Positions 1 through 9,879 of a stretch of DNA of 64,000 bases are shown here, piece by piece (position 1 is the stretch's first letter; each line of letters opens with the position of its first letter). The translations under genes and the position numbers were made by a program. Under the pieces are notes generated by a model, which was not told the origin of the DNA, ran no database searches, and saw only the letters and a list, made by a program, of their open reading frames with translations. Origin of the DNA: Myxococcota bacterium (GTDB lineage: Bacteria; Myxococcota; JACRCW01); contig JBFMGU010000022.1 of the NCBI GenBank assembly GCA_040752415.1, positions 163 through 64,162 on the forward strand, written 5' to 3'.

Positions 1-1452
1 GGACAGGATGCCTTCCGCGTTCACGTCAAAGAGCACATCCACCCGCACGCTGCCGGCCTTGCCGCCGCGCAGACCGCTGAAGGTGAACTCACCCAGCAGC
101 TGGTTCTCCCGCGCCTTGGTGCTCTCACCCTGGTAGATGCGCATGATGACCTCCTGCTGGTCATCCTCCGCGGTGGTGAAGAGCTGGCTCTTGGCGTTGG
201 GGACGGGGGAGTTCTTGTCGAAGATCTTGAACAGGTTGCCGCGCGCATCCTCGATGCCGATGGCGCGGGACAGCACGTCCAGCAGCTGGATGCGCTGATC
301 CACCGCGTCGGTCTCCAGGCTGTGCGCGAAGATGGCCGCGCCAATGCCCACCGCCTCGTCGGGGTTCACGTTCTTGCTGGGCGGCCGACCGAAGAACCGC
401 GTCACCTGCTCCTGCACCGCCGGCCAGCGCGTCATGCCGCCCACCAGCAGGATCTCGTCCAGCTTGGTGACCGGGACCTTGGCCTCCTCCAGCACCTGCT
501 TGGTGATGTCGATGGTGCGCTTGAGCAGGTGCTCGGTGAGCTTGTTGACCTGGTCACGCGTGATGATGAGGTCAATGTCCAGCGGGTCCCCGTTGGGCGT
601 CATGGTGACGAAGGGGATGTTGAACGGCGCCTCCATGCGCGCGCTCAGGTCGATCTTGGTGCGCTCCGCCAGGTCCTTGATGCGCTGCATGGCAATGGGA
701 TTCTGGCGCAGGTCCACCTGGTGCTTGTTCTTGAAGTCCGCCAGCACGTAGTCGATGACCGCGTTGTCCCAGTCGATGCCGCCGAGGAAGATGTCGCCGC
801 CGGTGGCCTTCACCTCGAAGACCTTGCCGCGGATCTCGATCACGCTGATGTCGAACGTGCCGCCGCCCAGGTCATAGATGGCAATGGTCTGGTTGACGTT
901 GCGCTGCACGCCGTAGGCAAGCGCCGCCGCGGTGGGCTCGTTGATGATGCGCACCACGTCGAGGTCGATCTGCTTGCCGGCGTCCTTCACCGCCTGGCGC
1001 TGGCGGTCATTGAAGTACGCGGGCACCGTGACCACCGCGCGCCGGATGGGCCGCTGCAGGTAGTCCGCCGCCACGTCACGGATCTTGTTGAGGATCTTGG
1101 CGGACACCTGGGTCAGGTTCATGTCCTGCTTGCCCAGGCCGATGATCACGTTGTCTTCCTGGCCCGGCTTCATCTCGTAGGCGAAGTACTCGTGCATCTT
1201 GTTGACGAGCTCGCCGTTGTAGCTCTGACCCACCAGGCGCTTGGCGCCGTAGACGGTCTTGCGGGGGTTCAGTTGCCACTGCCGTTTGGCCTCGTGCCCC
1301 ACCAGCTCGTTGCCCTTGTCGTCGATGGCGAAGATGGAGGGGATGGTGTACTCGCCACCCTTGTAGGGGATGAGCTTGACGTTGCCCTTGTCGTCGACAA
1401 TGGCGGCGCAGCTGTTGGTGGTACCGAGGTCAATGCCAATAATGTCGCCCAT
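1..1452 (-). CDS. Hsp70/DnaK-family chaperone (3' end runs off the left edge of the window)
   Basis: Reverse-strand translation from the ATG at 1452..1450 gives MGDIIGIDLGTTNS... Further in: IYDLGGGTFDISV (rc of 841..900), IINEPTAAALAYG (rc of 901..960), and LGEFTFSGLRGGKAGSVRVDVLFDVNAEGILS at base 1. The frame stays open to base 1, so it is missing from the ORF track. The listed 322..1920(+) ORF is its antisense shadow. Confidence 0.9.
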   Translation of the reverse strand, partial: MGDIIGIDLGTTNSCAAIVDDKGNVKLIPYKGGEYTIPSIFAIDDKGNELVGHEAKRQWQLNPRKTVYGAKRLVGQSYNGELVNKMHEYFAYEMKPGQEDNVIIGLGKQDMNLTQVSAKILNKIRDVAADYLQRPIRRAVVTVPAYFNDRQRQAVKDAGKQIDLDVVRIINEPTAAALAYGVQRNVNQTIAIYDLGGGTFDISVIEIRGKVFEVKATGGDIFLGGIDWDNAVIDYVLADFKNKHQVDLRQNPIAMQRIKDLAERTKIDLSARMEAPFNIPFVTMTPNGDPLDIDLIITRDQVNKLTEHLLKRTIDITKQVLEEAKVPVTKLDEILLVGGMTRWPAVQEQVTRFFGRPPSKNVNPDEAVGIGAAIFAHSLETDAVDQRIQLLDVLSRAIGIEDARGNLFKIFDKNSPVPNAKSQLFTTAEDDQQEVIMRIYQGESTKARENQLLGEFTFSGLRGGKAGSVRVDVLFDVNAEGILS

Positions 1453-1708
1453 GTGGAAGCACCCGGGTTGGACGAAGATGGGGATGCGGAAACGGCACCC
1501 CCCCAAAGAGAACTTGCTCCGATACCAGCGGGCGTTCTCCAGGGGCAAGTCACGGCGGTGGATATCGGTCGGAACGTGGACGGAGGCGGGACCGTCCGGA
1601 GGTGGCGCGTTTTGACCGGCCCCCCGGTGCCGGGTAAGGACGGCCGGTGCGCGTGCCTGCCGGGGAAAGCCGCGCACCCCACGCCCCCAGCCGCCCAGGA
1701 GCCCGCCC

Positions 1709-3211
1709 GTGCAGACCCGCCACCGGTCGTTCACCTGCCTGATCACATTGGGATTTGTCGCGAGCCTGACCGTTGCCGGATGCGGCGGGGACAAGGCCGC
1801 GGAGAAGGGGAACGCCACCGCGCAGCCGGTGCAGCGCGCCTACGACCCGGTCCAGCTGGGGCGGCAGATCCGCGCCCTGGACGCGCTGGTGGCCCGCGGG
1901 GAGCGGCTGGCCAAGGATGACCTGGTGTTGCGCGCCAGCACCGACCCGGAGGCCCCCACCGCACGTTTCCTCAAGGCCTACGGGAACGAGGATCGTCGCC
2001 TGGCGTGGAAGGAGCTGGATGCGCTGCGCAAGAGCCTGCCCAAGAGCCCGCTGGGCTACCTGGGGATGCTGTGCGTGTACGTGGAGTGGAAGATCCTGGA
2101 GGAAGCGCAGAAGTCCTACGACCAGGTCCTGCAGCTGGACGCGCAGCTGGCGGTGGCGCACGCGCGGATGGCCAACCTGCACGCGGGCAAGGGCAACGCG
2201 GCCAAGGCGCGGGAGCTGTATGGGATGGCGCTGAAGCTGGATCCGCAGGACGGGGACGCGCTGGCGGGGCTGGCGCGGCTGGCGCGGGCGGAAGGCAAGA
2301 ACGAGGAGGCGCTGGGCCTGTACACGCGCGCGGTGACGGCGTGGCCGGAGAGCCTGCCGGTGGCGCGGGAGCGGGCGGAGCTGCTGGAGGCCATGGGACG
2401 TCGCAAGGAGGCGGCGGAGGGCTTTTTGGCCAGCGCGCGCATTGATCCGCGCAAGTACCAGGCGCTGCTGCGCGCCGCGGCGTTGCTGGCGCAGGAGAGC
2501 GACCGCGCCGGCGCGGAGAAGGTCTACCAGGAGGCGCTGGCGTTGAACCCCAAGGACGCCTCGCTTCTCATCACGCTGGGGCAGCTGGCGGGGGAGCGCG
2601 GCGACAAGGAGGCGCAGCTGGGGTACTTCGCGCGGGCCGTCGAGGATAAGCCCGACGACCTGGACGTGCAGCGGGTGCTCGCGTTCGGCTACCTGGAGCG
2701 CGGGGAGAGCACCGGCGCGGAGCGCCACCTCCAGGAGGTGATCCGTTTGGCGCCCGAGGACCAGGCGGCGCACCTGGCCTTGGCGCGGATGCACGCGCAG
2801 GGCAACAAGTACCGTGAGGCGCTGGAGCACTACGAGCTGGCCTCGCGTCCCAACCCGCTGGATGACACCGCGCGCGGGGAGCTGCTCACGCTGCGCCAGA
2901 AGCTGCTGCTCTCCGACAAGCCGGTGACCGGCAAGGACGTCAACAAGACCTTTGGCGCGGCGCTGAAGGTCATCATCGCGGCGTACGAGGCGCGGCTCAC
3001 GGAGAGCCCCACCCTGGCCGGCAGCGTGACGGTGGAGGTGGACGTGGCGGAGGACGGCAGCGTCAAGGACGTGCGGCTGAAGGAGGACACCCTGAAGGAT
3101 GAGATCCTCCTCGCCAACATCTACTTCACGGTGAAGGGGGCCAGGTTCCCCGCCGGGAAGAAGGCGCGGTACAGCTATCCCATCTCTTTTGCGCCGCCGA
3201 AGGCCAAGTAG
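1709..3211 (+). CDS. TPR-repeat lipoprotein with TonB_C/AgmX-PglI-like C-terminal domain
   Basis: GTG start 7 nt after AGGAG (1697..1701). Lipobox ...SLTVAGC. Multiple TPR-like helical repeats (e.g. AKARELYGMALKLDPQD, AEKVYQEALALNPKD). The C-terminal ~90 aa (LKVIIAAYEARL...GSVTVEVDVAEDGSVKDV...) resemble the myxobacterial AgmX/PglI tail. Confidence 0.8.
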   Translation: MQTRHRSFTCLITLGFVASLTVAGCGGDKAAEKGNATAQPVQRAYDPVQLGRQIRALDALVARGERLAKDDLVLRASTDPEAPTARFLKAYGNEDRRLAWKELDALRKSLPKSPLGYLGMLCVYVEWKILEEAQKSYDQVLQLDAQLAVAHARMANLHAGKGNAAKARELYGMALKLDPQDGDALAGLARLARAEGKNEEALGLYTRAVTAWPESLPVARERAELLEAMGRRKEAAEGFLASARIDPRKYQALLRAAALLAQESDRAGAEKVYQEALALNPKDASLLITLGQLAGERGDKEAQLGYFARAVEDKPDDLDVQRVLAFGYLERGESTGAERHLQEVIRLAPEDQAAHLALARMHAQGNKYREALEHYELASRPNPLDDTARGELLTLRQKLLLSDKPVTGKDVNKTFGAALKVIIAAYEARLTESPTLAGSVTVEVDVAEDGSVKDVRLKEDTLKDEILLANIYFTVKGARFPAGKKARYSYPISFAPPKAK

Positions 3212-3221
3212 GCAGGCAGAA

Positions 3222-3338
3222 AAGGAAGTCAGGAGTCAGAAGTCAGAAGTCAGAAGCCTCGGACGGGTGGAGGCCTCCTGGCTGGTTTCCGTCGGACGCG
3301 CCCTCCTGACTTCTGTATTCTGCCTTCTGACTTCCTTC
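3222..3338. repeat. Tandem AGAAGTC heptamers forming the left arm of an imperfect long hairpin between the TPR gene and asd
   Basis: 3225..3256 reads gaagtcaggagtcagaagtcagaagtcagaag. Complementary ctgacttctg / cttctgacttcc blocks lie at 3305..3335. The region sits between the stop at 3211 and the asd start at 3384. Confidence 0.6.
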
Positions 3339-3383
3339 TCTCCCAATGTCCCCACCAACCCATTCACGTCGTCGAGTTCCCAC

Positions 3384-4439
3384 ATGACCCGTAAGACCTG
3401 GACCATTGCCGTCATGGGCGCCACCGGAGCGGTGGGCCGCGAGATCCTCTCCATCCTCGAGGACCGGAAGTTCCCGGTGGGCAAGCTGATCCCGCTGGCC
3501 AGCGCGCGCAGCGAGGGCACTCCCCTGGAGTTCGACGGCGAGGAGATCAAGGTCCAGAAGCTCACGCCGGATTCGTTCAAGGGCGTGGACATCGTGCTCA
3601 GCTCACCGGGGAGCAAGGTGAGCGCGGAGTTCAGCCCGCACGCGGTCAAGGCCGGCGCCGTGGTGGTGGACAACACCAGCCACTTCCGCATGGACCCGGA
3701 CGTGCCGCTGGTGGTCCCCGAGGTCAACAAGCACGACATCGGCATGTACAAGCGGCGCGGGATCATCGCCAATCCCAACTGCTCCACGATCCAGATGGTG
3801 GTGGCGCTCAAGCCGCTGCACGACGCGGCGCGCATCAAGCGCGTGGTGGTGAGCACCTACCAGGCGGTGAGCGGCGCCGGGCAGAAGGGCATTGGTGAGC
3901 TGGAGCAGCAGGTGCGTGACCTGTTCAACGCCCGCGACGTCACCATGGAGGTCTTCCCCAAGCGCATGGCGTTCAACCTGATCCCCTGCATCCCGCAGAA
4001 GGACGCCTTCCTCCCCGACGGCTCCACCACCGAGGAGAAGAAGATGGTGGACGAGACCATGAAGATCATGGGCGACCCGTCCATCAAGGTCCACGCCACC
4101 TGCGTGCGCGTGCCGGTCTTCAACGGACACTCCGAGAGCGTCAACGTGGAGTTTGAACGGCCGCTGTCCGCCGAACAGGCGCGCGAGCTGCTGCGCAAGG
4201 CGCCCGGCGTGGCGGTGCTGGATGACCCCGAGAAGATGCTCTTCCCCACCCCCATGGACGCCAGCGGCGAGGACCTGGTGCTGGTGGGCCGCGTGCGCGA
4301 GGACCCCACCGTGCAGCATGGGCTGTCGATGTTTGTCGTCGGGGACAACCTGCGCAAGGGCGCCGCGCTCAACGCCGTGCAGATCGCCGAGGTGCTCATC
4401 AGCGAGTACCTGGAGGCGCCCCGCGCCACCGTGCAGTGA
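3384..4439 (+). CDS. asd: Aspartate-semialdehyde dehydrogenase
   Basis: MTRKTWTIAVMGATGAVGREIL (NAD-binding GxTGxVG). Active-site IIANPNCSTIQMV. STYQAVSGAG. The track ORF starts at 3189, but its first 65 aa are the translated heptamer repeat; ATG 3384 is the sensible start. Confidence 0.93.
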   Translation: MTRKTWTIAVMGATGAVGREILSILEDRKFPVGKLIPLASARSEGTPLEFDGEEIKVQKLTPDSFKGVDIVLSSPGSKVSAEFSPHAVKAGAVVVDNTSHFRMDPDVPLVVPEVNKHDIGMYKRRGIIANPNCSTIQMVVALKPLHDAARIKRVVVSTYQAVSGAGQKGIGELEQQVRDLFNARDVTMEVFPKRMAFNLIPCIPQKDAFLPDGSTTEEKKMVDETMKIMGDPSIKVHATCVRVPVFNGHSESVNVEFERPLSAEQARELLRKAPGVAVLDDPEKMLFPTPMDASGEDLVLVGRVREDPTVQHGLSMFVVGDNLRKGAALNAVQIAEVLISEYLEAPRATVQ

Positions 4440-4571
4440 CCTGCGTGGACACTCGGCCGAGAAGCCGCGCGACCTGCGCCATTCCGCGTGCTGACGGCCA
4501 GCACCCCAACCGCGCCAACCCACGCCGCACGCGCCAGACACGCACCTTCCGCCACCGCGGCTCCGCTCACC

Positions 4572-5363
4572 TCAGGCGGGACTCGACGTCAGCTCGCCCA
4601 GCCCGTCGACGGCGTAGGTGACGATGGGCTGGGGCTTCCCCTTCACCGGCACCGCCGGCATCTCCCGCACCCGCACTCCCGCGTCCAGCCGCGCGCGCAC
4701 CTCCGGGGTGACCAGGATGTCCGTCTGGTGCTGTCGCGTCAGGCTCTCCACGCGCGCCGCCACGTTGACCACGTCCCCAATCACCGTGAACTCCATGAGC
4801 TGCGTGCTGCCGATCATGCCGGCCACCACCTCCCCGCTGTGGATGCCAATGCCGAACTTCAGCTCCGGCAGGCCCTGCGCGCGCAGCTGCGCGTTGTAGG
4901 TCACCAGCGCCGCCCGCATGCCCAGCGCGGCCCGCACGGCGTCACGCGCCTGCCACGGGTTCTGCACCACCGCGCCAAAGAGCGCCATCAATCCGTCACC
5001 CATGAACTTGGCCACGTGCCCGTGCTCCGCCGCAATGGCCTGGCTCATCACCTCGAAGTAGCCGTTGAGGATCTTCACCATCACCTCGGCGTCGAGCTTG
5101 TCGCTCATGCTGGTGAAGCCCTGCAGGTCCGCGAACAGCACGGTGACCTCGCGCTTGTCGCCCCGCGGCGCCACCCCGCGCGCAATGATGTCCTCCACCA
5201 CGTCCGCCGGCGTGAACCGCGAGAAGCTCTGCTGCAGTCGCCCCAGGTCCGCCCGCGCCTTCTCCACCCGCCGCACCAGCACCGCGCGCTCCGCCCGCAG
5301 GCGCCACACCCACAGGACGAGCAGCGCGCAACCCACCAGCGCGGCCAGGAGCAACGCGTTCAT
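4572..5363 (-). CDS. Membrane-anchored class III adenylate/guanylate cyclase
   Basis: N-terminal TM helix MNALLLAALVGCALLVLWVW. Cyclase motifs VTVLFADLQGFTSMSD, KFMGDGLMALFG, GIGIHSGEVVAGMIGS, FTVIGDVVNVAARVES. Start chosen at M25 of the track ORF, 13 nt after the upstream gene's stop. Confidence 0.85.
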   Translation of the reverse strand: MNALLLAALVGCALLVLWVWRLRAERAVLVRRVEKARADLGRLQQSFSRFTPADVVEDIIARGVAPRGDKREVTVLFADLQGFTSMSDKLDAEVMVKILNGYFEVMSQAIAAEHGHVAKFMGDGLMALFGAVVQNPWQARDAVRAALGMRAALVTYNAQLRAQGLPELKFGIGIHSGEVVAGMIGSTQLMEFTVIGDVVNVAARVESLTRQHQTDILVTPEVRARLDAGVRVREMPAVPVKGKPQPIVTYAVDGLGELTSSPA

Positions 5364-5376
5364 CGTCGGGTACCGC

Positions 5377-6459
5377 TCATGACAGCGTCCCCAGCCGGCC
5401 CAACGCGTTGCCCACCGCGGTGGCACCCAGCACATCCAGGATCACGCGCGGCTCCATCCCGGCGGTGAGATCGCGCACCCGCGCCTGGATGGTCACCGGC
5501 TTGTAGCGGATGGAATCCCGCGCCAGCGGAACCAGCCGCGCCTCCAGCGGGTCCAGGACGGGCGAGCTGAGGTGGGTGGTCACCTCGTCGGCCTGCGCGG
5601 CGGTGATGCCTTCCTCCGCCAAAAGCCGTACACACTCCGCGCGCGTCACCGGACACTCCAGCGCGTGCGCCGTGGTGAGCAGGATGAGCAGCTTGCTCCG
5701 TCGGGGCAGGGGCCCCTCGCCCAGCAGGCCGTCCAGCGTCTTCCTGAGCAGCTGCGCGCCCCAGGTCTGCTCCAGCGGAGCGAGCACCCGCGCAAACGGT
5801 CCCTCCGCCACCGGCGCGGCATCCCGACGCTCCGGCCGCATCTGCGTGGCAATCAGCGGACGCAGCAGCCGGATGATCAGCTTGTCCGGCAGCGCCTCGT
5901 AGTCCGCGTCCGGGGGCGTGGCGGCCAACGTGGACATCCGCGTGGACGCACACGAGAGCGCCACCAGGTAGGTCAGCTCCGCCACCTGCAGCGACGTCAA
6001 CCCGGCACGCTCCAACACCTCCCGGTCCGCGCGCGTGGGCCGGCGCGTCATCCGCACCAGCGTTGCCGCGTACTGAACCACCGCGCGCTCCAGCGCACTG
6101 AGCTGCTCCAGCTCCACCCGGTTCTCCAGCTGCTGCACCCGCTTCTCCGGGTAGCCCATCAGCCGCAGCGAGGCGCGCTGCCCGCCGTAGCAGTACCGGC
6201 ACGAGTTCTCCTGCGCGCTGATGAAGCACAGCAGGTCGATCAGTTCCCGCGGCGCGCAGGTGTGACGTCGACGCATCAGCGCCATCCACATCTCCACCAG
6301 CCACGGCACCGGCGCAATCTTGCGGAACACGTTGGGCACCACGCCGCCAAAGAGCCGCTTGCACAACGCCTCCAGCTCGGGAGTCAGCGCATCCGGCAAC
6401 AGCGGCGGTCCCCATTCAATCTCGTTCAGTCGAAGCGGCGCTTCGGGATTGGGGGCCAT
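5377..6459 (-). CDS. Carboxymuconolactone decarboxylase / AhpD-like family protein (two-domain)
   Basis: Helical protein with a CRYCY (CxxC-type) motif, typical of AhpD-like/CMD proteins, and a second related half. Assignment by motif only. Confidence 0.6.
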   Translation of the reverse strand: MAPNPEAPLRLNEIEWGPPLLPDALTPELEALCKRLFGGVVPNVFRKIAPVPWLVEMWMALMRRRHTCAPRELIDLLCFISAQENSCRYCYGGQRASLRLMGYPEKRVQQLENRVELEQLSALERAVVQYAATLVRMTRRPTRADREVLERAGLTSLQVAELTYLVALSCASTRMSTLAATPPDADYEALPDKLIIRLLRPLIATQMRPERRDAAPVAEGPFARVLAPLEQTWGAQLLRKTLDGLLGEGPLPRRSKLLILLTTAHALECPVTRAECVRLLAEEGITAAQADEVTTHLSSPVLDPLEARLVPLARDSIRYKPVTIQARVRDLTAGMEPRVILDVLGATAVGNALGRLGTLS

Positions 6460-6541
6460 GGCGTCACGCTACCACCGATGGTGGGGGGACCAAGGACGGT
6501 GGCAGAAATGCGTCGTGGCGCGCGACGCCAGGGAGAGCCCC

Positions 6542-7375
6542 ATGTATGACCTCACCCGACGTGAAATGGTGGTGACCGCGCTGGGCACCGGTTTTGCGCT
6601 GGCCGTGCGACCCGTCTCCGCGCAGACCCTCACCACCTCCGACGAGGGACTGCTGGCCGGTGAGGTCAAGGTCCCCGTCAAGGATGGCGAGCTGCCGGCG
6701 TACCGCGCCGCGCCCAGGGGCAGGAAGAACCTGCCGGTGGTGCTGGTGGTGCAGGAGATCTTCGGCGTGCACGAGCACATCAAGGACGTCTGTCGACGGC
6801 TGGCCAAGCTGGGCTACCTGGCCGTGGCGCCGGAGCTCTACGCGCGCCAGGGCGACGTCTCGAAGCTCTCCGACATCCCGGAGATCATCAGCAAGGTGGT
6901 CTCCAAGGTCCCCGACGCGCAGGTGCTCGCTGACCTCGACGCCACCACGGAGTGGGCCCGGAAGTCGGGCGGCGGGGACACGGGCCGGCTGGGCATCACC
7001 GGCTTCTGCTGGGGTGGTCGGGTGGTCTGGCTGTACGCGGCGCACCAGCCGGCGCTGAAGGCGGGCGTGGCCTGGTACGGGCGCCTCACCAACGAGAAGA
7101 CCCCTTTGCAGCCCCGGCACCCGCTGGACGTGGTGCGTGAGCTGAAGGCGCCGGTGCTGGGACTGTACGGCGGCGCCGACACCGGCATCCCCGTGAAGGT
7201 GGTGGAGGAGATGCAGCGCGCGCTGAAGGCCGCCGGCAAGAACAGCGAGATCAAGCTCTACCCCGACGCGCCACACGGCTTCTTTGCCGACTACCGCCCC
7301 AGCTACCGACGGGAGGCCGCCGAGGATGGCTGGGCGCAACTGCAGGCCTGGTTCAAGAAGCACGGTGTGAAGTGA
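6542..7375 (+). CDS. Dienelactone hydrolase family protein, Tat-type signal
   Basis: [29 protein letters not shown] (twin-Arg-like leader). [37 protein letters not shown] and GITGFCWGG are typical of the DLH fold. ATG at 6542 verified in frame with the 6320 ORF. Confidence 0.85.
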   Translation: MYDLTRREMVVTALGTGFALAVRPVSAQTLTTSDEGLLAGEVKVPVKDGELPAYRAAPRGRKNLPVVLVVQEIFGVHEHIKDVCRRLAKLGYLAVAPELYARQGDVSKLSDIPEIISKVVSKVPDAQVLADLDATTEWARKSGGGDTGRLGITGFCWGGRVVWLYAAHQPALKAGVAWYGRLTNEKTPLQPRHPLDVVRELKAPVLGLYGGADTGIPVKVVEEMQRALKAAGKNSEIKLYPDAPHGFFADYRPSYRREAAEDGWAQLQAWFKKHGVK

Positions 7376-7388
7376 GCGCGTGGGATGA

Positions 7389-7634
7389 CGGGCGCCTGCC
7401 CGACGATGCGAGGCGGGGCTGATGACGGAAGCGTTCGCCGGGGTGGAGGGCGTGCAGGACGACGCCGGTGGCGTGGAGCGCACGGCGGCGATGCGCCACC
7501 ACGGTGGGCTGGGGCTCGGGCTTTACGTGGTGCGCGAGACTGTGGAAGCGCGTGGCGGCACAATCCACGTCGTCAACGTGCCCACCGGCGGGGCCCGGTT
7601 CACCGTGCGGCCACCGCGCACCGTCACCGCATGA
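7389..7634 (+). pseudogene. Orphan 3' fragment of a histidine-kinase gene (HATPase_c G2-box to C-terminus only)
   Basis: The open frame begins right after an in-frame TGA at 7386. It encodes ...EAFAGVEGVQDD...HHGGLGLGLYVVRETVEARGGTIHVVNVPTGGARFTVRPP. That is the G2 box/ATP-lid and last strands of a kinase. No HisKA, N or G1 boxes lie upstream. Confidence 0.5.
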
Positions 7635-7704
7635 AGGCGGAATTTCCTCCTGCGCCAACTCAACTCCTGCTAAGTGAGCTGGCACCGGGTTGCGGGGGCG
7701 GTTG

Positions 7705-9879
7705 ATGTCGTTGGGACGGACTCGACATCGTCAACGTGCGTGGGGCGCCGCCCTGATGGGGCTTGGGCTGGGTGGGGTGGCGTGCGGGCTGGTGGGTGAG
7801 GACCCGACGCGGGCGCAGGCAGGGTTGCTGCTGTTGGGCATGCTGGTGGCGTTCCTGGTGGGACGGCTGGGCCGCGCAAAGCAGGCGCAGGTGGACCGGC
7901 TCACCGCGGATCTCTCGACGGAAATCCTGGAGCGCAAGCGCGCGGAGGAGGCACGCCGCCAGAGCGAGATGCGCATGCGGGCATTCTTCGAGAACTCGGT
8001 GGCCGCGCTGGGCATCAGCAAGGCGGGCGTCCACGTCTCGGTCAACGCGGCGTACGCGCGGATGTTCGGGCATGAGAGCCCGGAGGTGCTGGTGGGCACG
8101 CCCATCCTGGACCTGATTGCGCCCTCGCACCGGCAGGAGATCCTGGAGCTGGTGCGGCGCCGTTCCCGTCGGGAAGATGTGCCCGACAACTACGAGACGC
8201 GCGCGCTCCGCAAGGACGGCACCGAGTTTGACATGGACGTCTGCGTCTCCTCCTACGAGGAGGACGGAGAGGTCTTCACCATCGTGGTTTTGCGCGACAT
8301 CACCCCGCGCAAGGTGGCCGAGCGTCAGCTGGAGGAGAGCGAGGCCCGCTACCGCTCCCTCTACAACCGCACCCCGGTGATGCTGCACTCCATTGACCAC
8401 GAGGGCCGGCTGCTGGCGGTGAGCGACCAGTGGCTGGCCACGCTGGGCTACGAGCGCGCGGAGGTGCTTGGCCGGCGCTCCACGGAGTTCCTCACCGAGC
8501 AATCCCGTCGTCACGCGCAGGAGGTGGTGCTGCCGCGCTACTGGAAGACGGGCTGGTGCAAGGACGTGCCCTACCAGTTCGTCAAGCGCAATGGTGAGAA
8601 GGTGGACGTGCTGCTCAGCGCCATTGCGGAGATGGGACCGCAGGGGCCCACGCGCTCCCTGGCGGTGATCATTGACGTCACCGAGCGCAACCGTCTCGAG
8701 GAGGCGCTGCGTCAGGCGCAGAAGATGGAAGCCATTGGCCTGTTGGCCGGCGGCATTGCGCACGACTTCAACAACATCCTCACCTCCATTGCCGGCCACG
8801 CCGAGCTCATCCATTCCGGCCTGCCGCCGGAGAGCCCCCTGCTGGGCGACGTGGAACAGGTTGCGCACTCGGTGGAGCGCGCCGCCGCGCTGACGCACCA
8901 GCTGCTGGCGTTCAGCCGTCGCCAGGTGCTCAAGCCGCAGGTGCTGGACCTGGGGGCGGTGGTGGTCGACATCGAGAAGATGCTGCGCCGGCTCATTGGT
9001 GAGCACATTGAGCTGGTGACGGAGCTGGCCCCCGGCGTGGGCCCGGTGCGCGTGGACCCGGGGCAGATGCAGCAGGTGATCATGAACCTGGCCATCAACG
9101 CGCGCGACGCCATGCCCAATGGCGGCCGGCTGGTCCTGCGTACCGGCGCGCGCGAGCTGGCATGCGCGGAGGCGGCGGCCATGAACCTGCCGCCCGGGTC
9201 CTACGTGACGCTGGAGGTGGAGGACAACGGCTCCGGCATGGACGAGGTCACGCGCGTGCGGGTGTTCGAGCCGTTCTTCACCACCAAGGCGCTGGGTCGT
9301 GGCACCGGGCTGGGGCTGAGCACCGTGTACGGCATTGTCACGCAGAGCGGCGGTCACATCCGGGTGGAGAGCCAGCCGGGAGTGGGCAGTGTGTTCCGGG
9401 TGCTGCTGCCGCGTGTCAGCGGTCCGGCCAGCGTGGTTCCGACGACACCGGTGCCCACCGGCGCGGTGGAGGGGAATGAGACCATCCTGCTCGTCGAGGA
9501 CGAGGAGATGCTGCGCCGGCTGTTGCGTCCCGTGCTGGAGATGCGCGGCTACACCGTGCTGGAGGCGCCGCACGGGGCGGAGGCGTGGGAGAAGTGCTGC
9601 GCGCACCCGGGCCCGGTGCACCTGGTGGTGACCGACGTGGTGATGCCCCAGCTGGGTGGTCGCGAGCTGGTGGCGCGGCTGCGGGCGCGGCAGCCCGACA
9701 TCAAGGTGCTCTACGTCTCCGGCTACACCGACGACGACATGGTGCACCGCGGCGTGGGCGCGGAGGGCGCGGCGTTCCTGCAGAAACCCTTCACCCCCGA
9801 GACGCTGGTGCGCACGGTGCGCCAGGTGCTCGACGACGCGGGCCCGCGCGAAACCGTCAGCCGCCCTGCCTCAGGATGA
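7705..9879 (+). CDS. Hybrid sensor histidine kinase (TM, coiled coil, 2 PAS, HisKA, HATPase_c, receiver)
   Basis: H-box HDFNNILTSIAGHAELI. N-box QVIMNLAINARDAM. G1 DNGSGMD. G2 GTGLGLSTVYGIV. Receiver ILLVEDEEML...VVTDVVMPQLGG...LQKPF. The track start 7690 is TTG; ATG 7705 is preferred. Confidence 0.9.
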   Translation: MSLGRTRHRQRAWGAALMGLGLGGVACGLVGEDPTRAQAGLLLLGMLVAFLVGRLGRAKQAQVDRLTADLSTEILERKRAEEARRQSEMRMRAFFENSVAALGISKAGVHVSVNAAYARMFGHESPEVLVGTPILDLIAPSHRQEILELVRRRSRREDVPDNYETRALRKDGTEFDMDVCVSSYEEDGEVFTIVVLRDITPRKVAERQLEESEARYRSLYNRTPVMLHSIDHEGRLLAVSDQWLATLGYERAEVLGRRSTEFLTEQSRRHAQEVVLPRYWKTGWCKDVPYQFVKRNGEKVDVLLSAIAEMGPQGPTRSLAVIIDVTERNRLEEALRQAQKMEAIGLLAGGIAHDFNNILTSIAGHAELIHSGLPPESPLLGDVEQVAHSVERAAALTHQLLAFSRRQVLKPQVLDLGAVVVDIEKMLRRLIGEHIELVTELAPGVGPVRVDPGQMQQVIMNLAINARDAMPNGGRLVLRTGARELACAEAAAMNLPPGSYVTLEVEDNGSGMDEVTRVRVFEPFFTTKALGRGTGLGLSTVYGIVTQSGGHIRVESQPGVGSVFRVLLPRVSGPASVVPTTPVPTGAVEGNETILLVEDEEMLRRLLRPVLEMRGYTVLEAPHGAEAWEKCCAHPGPVHLVVTDVVMPQLGGRELVARLRARQPDIKVLYVSGYTDDDMVHRGVGAEGAAFLQKPFTPETLVRTVRQVLDDAGPRETVSRPASG

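Noticed and set aside
322-1920. 532-aa plus-strand ORF (with overlapping 332..751 and 1269..1682 ORFs)
   Set aside because: Antisense shadow of the Hsp70 gene. Its composition is dominated by V/D/L/H/G/R. The opposite strand gives textbook Hsp70 motifs.
3189-3383. Upstream extension of asd given in the ORF track
   Set aside because: The extension translates the AGAAGTC heptamer/hairpin region. The conserved Asd N-terminus (VMGATGAVG) begins right after ATG 3384.
7660-9747. 695-aa minus-strand ORF opposite the hybrid kinase
   Set aside because: H/R/Q/L-rich nonsense with no motifs. The plus strand carries complete PAS/HisKA/HATPase/REC signatures.
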